From: Malacoraja senta
Taxonomy: Eukaryota
NCBI GenBank assembly: GCA_038087875.1
Contig: CM075991.1
Location: 744,001 to 808,000 of the forward strand
Length of the DNA stretch: 64,000 nt
Direction: 5' to 3'
The notes below the pieces were generated by a model. It made no database searches. It was not told the DNA's origin and saw only the letters and a program-made list of their open reading frames with translations. Below are positions 50,988 to 61,694 of this stretch, one piece after another. Within the stretch, counting starts at the first letter, position 1, and each line of letters starts with the position of its first letter. Both the position numbers and the translations under genes were made by a program.

Positions 50988-51270
50988 GTTTAGTTCAGTT
51001 TAGAGATGCAGCACGGAAACAGGCTCGTCGGCCCACCGAGTCCGCACTGTCCAGCAATCCCGGCACATTAGCACTATCCTACACACACTTGGGTCAATTT
51101 TACCAAGCCAATTAGTCTACAAACCTGTGTGTCTTTGGCATGTGGGAGGAAAACCCTAAGTCACGGGGAGAATGTATAAACTCTGTACAGACAAGCATCT
51201 GTTGTCAGAATGGAACCTGGGTCTCTGGTGCTGTATGGTAGCAACTCTACCGCTGCGCCACTGTCACCCT
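50988..51270 (-). mobile_element. V-SINE
   Basis: (tttag) tail 45 nt downstream of the 50943 donor; reverse SINE body. Confidence 0.8.
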
Positions 51271-53316
51271 CTTCTGGAAATTGTCTTGTTCCAACGTTTT
51301 AGCGTTTTAATATTTTAGGGTTCTTTTTTTTTACTGTCCTCACTTGAAATGCCGAATTTGCTTTATAGCGCCAATAAAGTGTGTTTATAAGTTCAAGGAG
51401 CAGAATTAGGCCATTCGGCCCATCAAGTCTTTTCCACCATTCAATCATAGCTGATCCCTCTCAACCCCATTCTCCAACCTTCATCCCATAACCCCTCCAT
51501 GAGTTGTCCATGAGCTGAGGATGTTCAGCATCAATAGACATGGTGCAGGTTTTCTTGGGGGTACAAGGAACTGCAGATGCTTGTTTACAAAAACAGGCAC
51601 AAAGTGCTGGAGTAATTCAGCGGGTCAGGCAGCATTTCTGGAGAACATGGATAGGTGACGTTTCAGCATGGGACCTTTCTTCAGACTGAGGTGTAGTCTT
51701 CCTTCCCTGCCTCATTGTCCTGGCCCTAATGGCTCCATCAATTTGTTTGAAGCCCCCTATCCATGACCACAGTTCTGTACAGTAGTGAACATTTGGTACA
51801 CAAGTCTGTTCGGCTTAGTACAAATGAATGGAGTAAAGGAGGAGGCATGATCGTATGAACAGATTAAGTGTTTTTTTATTTTGGAATTTATGAGCTGGAC
51901 TGGTATTTTGTAGTTAAATTCCTCTCGCAGAGACAAGTTGAAGTACTTTTAAATTTGTTGTATCCCTATTTTGTATTTATTATCAGCATGTTGCCCTGAT
52001 GCAAGTTTAAACTTGTGGCTATCTTCCTTACTAAGTAATCTATCAACTGTGTTTTTGAATTGTCAATTAGATTTTTCTTTAAAATACACTATCCATTTGT
52101 ACGGATGGATGTTCCTTTTTCAAATATTCAGTTTTTCTTGTCTATCTTAAATAGAGGCAATCTTTAGGAAGGAACTGCAGATGCTGATTTATACCGAAGA
52201 TAGACACAAAATGCGAGAGTAACTCAGCGGGACAGGCAGCATCTCTGGAGAAAAGAAATAGATGACGTTTCGGGTCAGAACGCTTCTTCAGACTGCAAAT
52301 GTGAAGAAGAGTTTTAACCCAAATTGTCACCTATTCCTATTCTCCAGAGATTCTCCTTGACTCACTGATTTGCTCCAACATTTTCAGTCTTTCCCTTTAG
52401 TCTCTATCAAAAACCATCACTGTTTGAGAAATATTAATTGAATCTCCATTGATCCTTTTCAGCTGCAGAAGTTCGAGACCCCAAGTTTGAAATCTGCATC
52501 TTTAAAGTGCTGGTGCCTAATCCCCAAACAAGCCTGACTATGTTCTAACCAGTGTATTTACAAAGTTATTTCCATAGCTCTCTTTACAACTCATATTCCT
52601 CATAGAAACATAGAAAATAGGTGCAGGAGTAGGCCATTCGGCCCTTCGAGCCTGCACCGCCATTCGATATGATCATGGCTGATCATCCAACTCAGTATCC
52701 CATCGCTGCCTTCTCTCCATACCCCCTGATCCCATTCTGTCACATAAAAAAATATACATTACACACATCTCCCATCAGCTCCAGTGTTTGGCAAGCACAA
52801 AGTATTTACTTTTTGATAGGAAATGTTAATGTTTGCAATGCCTATGTCACCTAACTAAAAGAGGAATGTATATAGTCCCATCACTTAACCCTGGATAGCA
52901 CTCTTTCCAAATGAGTCATGGTAATACTACACACAGAAAGGCTGCATACCACACCATCTCCATGCCAACTGTTGAGGATCCATCTATATTCCCATCTTTC
53001 CTGCTGATGGTTCTTGACCTTCTCTGCCTTGACAATTCAATGCTGACCGACATCCTTTGTGAAATCTGCCTGGATGAAAATAAATCTTTCTGGTCCCTTC
53101 TACACACCTCCCCTCTGCTTAATCCTACATCCTCTGGTTTTATACACTTCTGCTCTGTGGGAAAACAATTCTGAATGTCTACCTTAGCTATGATCCTCTT
53201 AATTCTGTGGACATTTGTTTTTGTCCCCCTCAGCCCCCTCTGCTCCAAAGAAAGCAAATCCAACCTATCCAGTCTCATTATAACTGAAATGTTCTAATCC
53301 CAGACATTATCCTGAT

Positions 53317-54272
53317 CAGGGGCGGAAATCGCTATCAAAACATGGGGGGGGGGGGGACACAATTTGAGGCGCAGTTTCTTGGTGGCTGCGCGCACGCGTG
53401 CACACACACGCGAGACTTCGGAGGTTTCGGCCATGGGCAAAGTGGACGGTAACATTGGGAGCTCACCAGATTGTTGACTGACTCCGAACTCCAGCAACAG
53501 CAGCTTAGTCTGCTCTGAATCGTGGGGCTTGAATCGGCCCGTTCTAGGGGCCTTTCATCGCCCGGCGCGGCTTAAAATCGGCCGGCGGGGGCTTCAACAT
53601 CAGGAGCCTCGATCGCCTCGATGCAGCAGTTTGGCTTTAAGCCGCGCCAGGCGATGAAAGGCCCCGCGAATGGGCCGATTCACCCCTTAGAAAGCGTCTG
53701 ATACCCGCTTGAATCTTTCAAAAGCTACAATGTGATGAATAACACTTAAACAAATAAAACTGAAGCAAATAAAGGCAAACAGAAGACCCATCATTGGAGG
53801 GGGAGAGAGTGAGAGATGGGGAAAAAAATACTAAATAACGTGAGTGACCGCGAATGAGGGACTTACCTGCAAGCCAGCCAGGAAACCCATTCAACCGGAG
53901 CCCTTAATGACCTGACCCATTTAAATCCGATACCCGTTTAAATTTTTCCCATCCACTAATACATCCAATTAGTTCAAATGGTAATTGTACCCGCATCAGA
54001 CAGCTTTAAGAAATTCTCCGTGAATACCTTCAGTAATACTTGAAGGTCAATTGGTGACACATCGTGTTAATACGATGTTAATCGAGACATTTAATAAGCG
54101 CTTAACAGTGACATCCCCACTGTCTCGCGGAAAGCAGAGATTTTAATAGATTTTTTTCACCGAGTTTCAAAATCCGGATTACAAAACAGGAGGGAGGATT
54201 GTCCCCCACCTCTCAAAATATGGGAGGGACGTGTCACCCCCCACCCACCCACCACCGGAATTTCCGCCCATG
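53317..54272. mobile_element. non-autonomous hAT-like DNA transposon
   Basis: TIR CA(G/T)GGGCGGAAAT; 8-bp TSD ATCCTG(A/G)T at 53309-53316 and 54273-54280; interrupts a minus-strand CR1 relic. Confidence 0.8.
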
Positions 54273-54968
54273 ATCCTGGTGAGTGTCCTCTGTATCTTCT
54301 CCAGGGCAGTCAGAGAGCCAAGCAGCACAAATACCGGCCCACCAGCCCAACGTCAATGCTGACTAAGATGCCCCCATCTAAGCTCGTCACACTTGCCCGC
54401 ATTTGGTCCATATCCCTCTAAATCTTTCCTATCTTGTATCTGTCCAAATGTCTTTTACATGTTGTTACTGTATCTGCCTCAACTATCTCCTCTGGCAGTT
54501 TATTCCAAGTACCCTCCACCTTCTGGGTGGTCATGGACATACAGAGCACACAAAGGCTGTACATCATACCAACCGTTGAGGACCCATCTATATTCCCATC
54601 TTTCCAGCTCATGGTCCCTGGCCTTCTATCCCTTATCAATCCCTCTGGATGGTGGGTATGGGTAGGACAGATTTAGAGAGATATGGGCTCATCGTGGGCA
54701 GGTGGCGCAGCATAGATGTGGTGTCTTTGGGCAGCGTGGATAAGTTGGGCCAAAGGGCCTGTTTCCGTGCTGTATGACTGAATAAAAATGTTGATTCTCA
54801 GGCTCCAATTAAATCTTGCCCCTCTCACTTGCCCCTCTCCCCTAAACCCATGACCTCTGGTTCTTGATTCCCCTATCCTGGGTAAAAGACTGTGCATTCA
54901 ACCTATATATTAGTGCTGTAATATGGTCATGTGGTGATATCAGAAATATGCAAGGTTGTACCATACCA

Positions 54969-56295
54969 CAGGAGATAGAAAATTGGCTCCATGGAAGGAA
55001 GCAGAAGTTGGTGGTGGAAGGTTGCTTCTCGGACTGGAGGCCTGTGACTAGTGGTGTTCCTCAGGGTCCGGTGCTGGGCCCGTTACTGTTTGTCATCTAC
55101 TTCAATGATTTGGATGAGAACAAACATGGCAAGATTAGCAAGTTTGCTGATGATACAAAAGTGGGTGAGTTTGCAGATAGTGAAGATGGTTGTGAAAAAT
55201 TGCAGCGGGATCTTGATCGATTGGCCAGCTGCGCTGAGGAATGGTTGATGGAATTTAATGCGGAGAAATGTGAGGTGTTGCATTCTGGGAAGTCTAACAT
55301 AGGCAGGACCTACACAGTGAATGGTTGGGCTCTGGGGAGTGATGTAGAGCAGAGGGATCTAGGAGTACAGGTGCACTTGAAGGTGGAGTCGCAGGTAGAT
55401 GGGGTGGTCAAAAAAGCTTCTGCAACATTGGCCTTCATTGAGTCAGGGTATTGAGTGTAGAAGTTGAGAGGTCATGTTGCAGTTGTATAAGATGTTGGTG
55501 AGGCCGCATTTAGAATGTTCAGTTCTGGATAGATGCTGTCAAGCTGGAGAGGGTACAGAAAAGATTTACAAAGATGTTGCCAGGACCAGAGGGTCTGAGC
55601 TGTAGGGAGAGGTTGAATAGTCTGGGTCTGTATTCCTTGGAGCGCAGGAGAATGACAATAGACAATAGAAGGTACACAAAAATGCTGGAGAAACTCAGCG
55701 GGTGCAGCAGCATCTATGGAGCGAAGGAGATAGGCAACGTTTCGGGCCGAAACCCTTCTTCAGACCCTAGACAATAGACAATAGTTGCAGGAGTAGGCCA
55801 TTCGGCCCTTTGAGCCAGCACCACCATTCAATGTGATCATGGATGATCATCCCCAATCAGTACCCCGTTCCTGCCTTCTCCCCATATCCCCTGACTCCGC
55901 TATCTTTAAGAGCCCTTTAATGAGGGGTGATCTTATAGAGGGTGTATAAAATCATGAGTGGAATAGATCGGGTAGATGCACACAGTCTCTTGCCCAGAGT
56001 AGGTGAACCGAGGACCAGAGGACATAGGTTCAAGGTGAAGGAAAAAAGATTTAATAGGAATCTGAGGGGTAACTTTATCACACAAAGGGCGGTGGGTGTA
56101 TGGAACAAGCTGCCAGAGGAGGTAGTTGGGGCAGGGACTATTGCAACATTTAAGAAACAGTTAGACATGTACATGAAAAGGGCAGGTTTGGTGGGATATG
56201 GACCAAACGCAGGCAGTGTAGCTGTTGGCCGGTGTGGGTAAGTTGAACGGAAGGGCCATTTTCCAGGCTGTATCACTCTACGACTCTATGACTCA
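54969..56295 (+). mobile_element. CR1/HER1-like LINE 3' portion with nested PLE arm and CR1 tail (~55653-55916)
   Basis: ORF relics SGVPQGPVLGPLLFVIYFNDLD..SKFADDTKV and YKIMSGIDRVD..WNKLPEEVV; the nested arm has an intact minus-strand HHR core at 55736-55763. Confidence 0.9.
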
Positions 56296-56974
56296 TAACC
56301 TATGTTCAAAGCCCCAGCTGGAAACAGGCCTTTCGGCCCACTGAGTCTATGTTGACCATCGATCACTGATTCACACTAGTTCTACGATATCCTACTTTTA
56401 CATCCACTCCCTACACACGAGGGGCAATTTTAGAGAGGCCAATGAACCTGCAAATCTGCATGTCTTTGGGATGTGGGAGGAGACCAGGAACCGGATCAGC
56501 CGGAGGAACCCCAGGTGGTCACAGGGAGAACATGCTAAAGACAGCACCTGAGATTAGGATTGAACCTGGGTGTCTGGTGCTGAGAGGCAACATATCTACC
56601 TCTGTGCCGCCCATGAAATTGCGACGTGATTTCCGAACATATACTCGGTCGGTGCCCCGACCAATAACGGCAAATATACCAAAAGTCTTCTTTACCACCC
56701 TAGCCACTTGAACTGCCCCTTTCAGGGAGTTATGGATTTACACCAGAAGATCTCTCTGTAAATCAATGCTTTCAAATCTGCAAGTTACTGTTTCATTCCC
56801 TATTCAGTCTGATTGGCCAAAGTGCTAAACCTCACACTTGTCCAGATTATATTCCGTCTGCCATTTCTCAGCCTGTATTGCATCTGTAACTGATCTATAT
56901 CTTGCTGATCATTGACAACCTTCTTCACTATCAACAACACCACGGTTTTTGGTGTTATCTGTATCTATTTATAT

Positions 56975-57440
56975 GTTCATAAGTCATAGGAGCAGATTTC
57001 GGCCATTCGGCCCATCGAGTCTACTCTGCCATTTAATCATGCCTGATCTATCCTTCCCTCCCAACCCCATTCTCCTGCCTTCTCCCCATAACCTTTGACA
57101 CCCTCACTAATCAAGAAACTATCAATCTCAGCTTTAAAAATACCCTCTTGCCCTCTACAGCTGTCTGTGGCAATAAAGTCCATAGATTCACCACTCTGAA
57201 TAAAGACATTTTTCCTTATCTTCTTTCTAAAGGTATGTCCTTTTATTCTGAGGCTGTGCCCTCTGGTCCTGGACTTTGCCACTAGTGGGAACATCCTGTC
57301 TACATCCACTCTATCCAGGCCTTTCACTACTCGATAAGTTTCCATGAGGTCCCCCCCATCTTTCTGAACTCCAGGGGTGCAGGCCCAGAGCTGTTAAAAG
57401 CTCATCATATGTTAATCCAATCATCACTGGGATCATTCCC
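56975..57440 (-). mobile_element. CR1 LINE 3' fragment
   Basis: ETYRVVKGLDRVDVDRMFPLVAKSRTRGHSLRIKG. Confidence 0.8.
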
Positions 57441-58148
57441 AAAGACATGCTGGTTGGCAGGTTGCTGGTTGTAAATCACCCCCAGTGGCTGGTAAGAAAT
57501 CAGCGGGAGTTGGGCATGTGAGTAAATGATTTACAGGGAAATAAATGGAGAAATGGCGTTGAAATGGGCAGGCACGGAAGCAGCCGGCAATGAACCAGCG
57601 TAGATTCAGTGGGCTGAATGGCCACTTACGTCATATGAGAACTGAGAAACAACCCCTCACTACCACTGTTTTCTGTAGAAACAAGGAACAGCAAAAGAAG
57701 TAAGAGTCCTGGAGTAGCTCAGCAGGTCAGGCAGCATGCTAGAAGGGTCCCGACCCAAAACATCTATCCATGTTCTCCGGAGACTGACCGCTGAGTTACT
57801 CCAGCACTACTGTTACTTTCTGTTACTTGGCTGATGTTCATTCTTTTCTGCTGCAGCCTTGTGTATTCCTTGTCCTTCAGTCTTGATGACAAACTATTGT
57901 GTGGCACCTTTTCCAATCTGTCTGTGCTGCATCAACTAGTCTAGAATGTTGCAGTTGTATTTCGTCTCGATTGTTTCTCACGCCTCCACTTTTAAAGTTC
58001 ATATTTGTACTTTCAACACTCAGCCCGTTTCTCCCTTCTGCTAACAACCTGGCATTCGGCACTTGCTTTTGTTTTCTGCACTATTCTCTCTCTGGTCCAG
58101 CTTTAGTTTCTCTCTCCTTTTCCCTGGGGAATGGACATCGATGTCCAT

Positions 58149-58460
58149 TGGGCGGCACGGTGGCATAGCAGAAGAGCTATTGCCTTACAGCACCAAAGAC
58201 CCGGGTTTGATCATGACTGTGGGTGCTGTCTGTATGGAGTTTGTACGTTCTCCCCGTGACCGCATGGGTTTTCTTCGATCTTCGGTTTCCTCCCACACTC
58301 CAAAGACGTACAGGTTTGTAGGTTAATTGGCCTGGTATAAATGTAAAATAGTCTCTAGTGTGTTTAGGGTAGTGTTAGTGTATGGGGATCGCTGGTCAGT
58401 GTGGACTCAGTGGACCGAAGGGCCTGTTTCCACGCTTGTCCTCTAAATGAAACTAAAATG
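58149..58460 (+). mobile_element. V-SINE
   Basis: gggcggcacggtggcatagcag head, central domain, ctctaaatgaaactaaa tail. Confidence 0.8.
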
Positions 58461-58896
58461 TAGCTGAAACCTCTCCACTTCAGTGACCTCTTGTTAATCA
58501 ATGATAGTGCTGTCTGCCAAGCCACCCTGGCCAGCTCTAGATATTGGCCCTTCTCCAATCAAGTATTTTCACCTTGAGGTGATGGGTGTAGTTTTTAATT
58601 AGCTGTTCTTGCCCTTGTGTGAATGGGTTGATAGTTTTCAAACTCCCATCATGCTGCATCACAACATCTAGCGTCAATGCTAGTTCAAACCTTTCAGGAA
58701 CAAGAGATGTTTCTGTTTGTTAATGCAATCTGAATTGATTATCTGCCTACAGGGTGCACTCTGTGCTATGCAGCATTGATCAGTACTAAATTAGCAGACA
58801 ATTCAAATCCTGGTTCCATTTGTTGTCTGGAGCAGCACACGGGATTAAATGGGCTCGGTACATTTCTACTTTGGGAAAGCAGGAATCTGTCCTGTT

Positions 58897-59514
58897 AGAA
58901 ACATAGAAACATAGAAATTAGGTGCAGGAGTAGGCCATTCGGCCCTTCGAGCCTGCACCGCCATTCAATATGATCATGGCTGATCATCCAACTCAGTATC
59001 CCATACCTGCCTTCTCTCCATACCCTCTGATCCCTTTAGCCACAAGGGCCACATCTAACTCCCTCTTAAATATAGTCAATGAACTGGCCTCGACTACCCT
59101 CTGTGGCAGAGAGTTCCAGAGATTCACCACTCTCTGTGTGAAAAAAGTTCTTCTCATCTCGGTTTTAAAGGATTTCCCCCTTATCCTTAAGCCCTTGTCC
59201 TGGACTTCCCCAACATCGGGAGCAATCTTCCTGCATCTAGCCTGTCCAACCCCTTAAGAATTTTGTAAGTTTCTATAAGATCCCCTCTCAATCTCCTAAA
59301 TTCTAGCCAGTATAAACCAAGTCTATCCAGTCTTTCTTCATAAGACAGTCCTGACATCCCAGGAATCAGTCTGGTGAACCTTCTCTGCACTCCCTCTATG
59401 GCAATAATGTCCTTCCTCAGATTTGGAGACCAAAACTGTACGCAATACTCCAGGTGTGGTCTCACCAAGACCCTGTACAACTGCAGTAGAACCTCCCTGC
59501 TCCTATACTCAAAT
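58897..59514 (-). mobile_element. young CR1 LINE 3' fragment
   Basis: [26 protein letters not shown]...; highly similar to 40402-41025. Confidence 0.9.
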
Positions 59515-60101
59515 ACTGTTTAATCACCAATTCACACTAATTTTATATTATCCCAGTTTCACACTACACACTAGGGGGCAATTTACAGAGGCCAATTAAC
59601 TAACAAATTCGCACATCTTTGGGATGTGGGAGGAAACCCACGCAGTCACAGAGAGAACATACAAACTCCACCCATTCAGCACCCAAAGTCAAGATGGAAC
59701 CCGGGTCTGTGGCGCTGTGAGGCAGCAGTTCTGCCACTGTGCCACCCTCATTACAGAGCTCAACATGTGACGTCAGAATGTTTTACTGTATCTCGGAACA
59801 GGTGAGGATATTGTACTGACACCTACACACCTCTACCTACAGCAGCCTTTCCTCTGTACCTCCCCATCTCACAAAGCTCTTCTTCATTGCATTCAAATCT
59901 CCAGTAATAGGTGTGTTTGTTGCTAGCTGCATCTAGTTTACAGAGGAGCTGTTCTCTAATCAGCTGAATTGTGATTGATGAGCTGACATTATGCGTTCAG
60001 AGATGCCATTAGCGTCAGCTTCATTGTTTCCAGACTAACGGATGCCTGGTGAACTAACGTTGTGACCTGCTGATTACTGAAATTATTTCTTTGTTACACA
60101 G

Positions 60102-60181
60102 GAAGGTGAAGCTGCAGTACAGTTTGCTAATCGTGTGAAAGCTGCGATTGCCAGACAAGGTGGTCTTGTAGATTTACTGTG
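60102..60181 (+). CDS. GPAT4: GPAT4 penultimate coding exon
   Basis: tttctttgttacacag| ... |gtaagt; encodes EGEAAVQFANRVKAAIARQGGLVDLL(W); 80 nt, phase 0-2. Confidence 0.95.
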
Positions 60182-60379
60182 GTAAGTACATTCCTTCCGT
60201 TATATTACCCTGTAGAGTTGAGCACTGGCTGTGGCCGTCACATCACATGCACAATGTCATAAACGTGTCCCTTCTCTAAATATGTACAGTAAACACTCCC
60301 TATTACGGACCCCTTTATAATGATTTATGAAGTGCAGCTCCTTCCTACACTATTGAAGAGGGAATTGGATAGACTTGAC

Positions 60380-60933
60380 TTTAAACTTTAGAGATACAGT
60401 GTGGAAGCAGGCCCTTTGGCCCACAGAGTCTGCGCACTGCCCCATACTCAAGTTCTATCCTACACACCAGTGACAATTTTCAATTTTACTGAAGCGAATT
60501 AACCCACAAACCAGGACGTCTTTGGATTGTGGGAGGAAACCGGAGAGGCCGGAGAAATCCCATGTGGTCACAGGGAAAACGTACAAACTACATACAGAGA
60601 GCACCTGTAGTCACGATCGAACCCGGGTCTCTGGCACTGTTAGACAGCAACTCTACTGCTGCGGTGCATCACAGCATTAGAGACCCGGATTCGATCCTGA
60701 CCTAGGGTGCTGTCCGTGTGGAGTTTGCACGTTCTCCTCGTGGCCGTGTGGATTTCCGCTGGGTGCTCCGGTTTCCTCCCACATCCCCAAAATGGGTGGG
60801 TTTGTAGGTTAATCATTGTAGGTTAATGTGTAGGGAAGGGATATGAAAGTGGAATGACAAGGATCTGGTGTGAATGGATGGCATGGCCTGAAGCGACTGT
60901 TTCCATTCTATGACTTTCAATCAATCAATCAAT
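60380..60933. mobile_element. head-to-head V-SINE pair (- then +)
   Basis: Minus copy ~60380-60663 fused to plus copy ~60665-60933 ending in (tcaa)n. Confidence 0.75.
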
Positions 60934-60954
60934 AGCCAATTTTGCTTGATCTCT

Positions 60955-60987
60955 GAACAGCAGAAGCTGTACAGCAGGCTCATTGTG
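60955..60987 (+). pseudogene. 33-bp relic duplicate of part of the last GPAT4 exon
   Basis: 29/33 identical to 62478-62510, including 21 contiguous matches; reads EQQKLYSRLIV vs EQQKLYSRMIV. Confidence 0.75.
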
Positions 60988-61482
60988 CCCAGGTGGTTTG
61001 GCGATTACAGCCTAGTTGTGTTGTGGTTATATTTTAGCCCTGCTCCAGGTACCTCAGAGGTAGTTAGGAATCAAACACATTGGTGAGTCTAGAGTTAGAT
61101 TTCAGTTACCTGCCATGCATTAAAATCATGTCCTTGGCACCATTGTACCTCAACCATCAAACAGTCTTGATCATTAATGATTTTGACATACTTCACTGAA
61201 AATCCACAGCCACTGGGGATAAAGAATTTCAAAATGTTGCAACCCCTTTAAGAAAGAGAGCATAATCTGGAGGAAATCTAGACAGAACACAGACAAACCC
61301 GGTTTGACCCCGTATTTTTGGTATCTACAGGATATTTATGAATGGTTTGTATATTTAAATGTTTACATATTTGAGAAATCAAAGGAAAATGGGCTGATTT
61401 AAATATCAGCTTGGCGAATGGGTAGCTTACAGTAGTAACATTGAATTCTCCAATTTTATGTAACTAACCTACAAACAACCTT

Positions 61483-61694
61483 GTTTAAGAAGGAACTGCA
61501 GATGCTGGAAAATCGAAGGTAGACAAAAATGCTGGAGAAACTCAGCGAGTGAGGCAGCATCTATGGAGCGAAGGAAATCGGAAAAGTTTCGGGTCGAAAC
61601 CAGTCTGAAGAAGGGTTTCGACCCGAAACGTTTCCTATTTCCTTCGCTCCATAGATGCTGCGTCACCCGCTGAGTTTCTTCAGCATTTTTGTCT
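61483..61694. mobile_element. palindromic PLE HHR element
   Basis: Exact 16-bp TSD ACCTACAAACAACCTT (61467-61482, 61695-61710); intact plus-strand HHR core from 61605. Confidence 0.88.
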
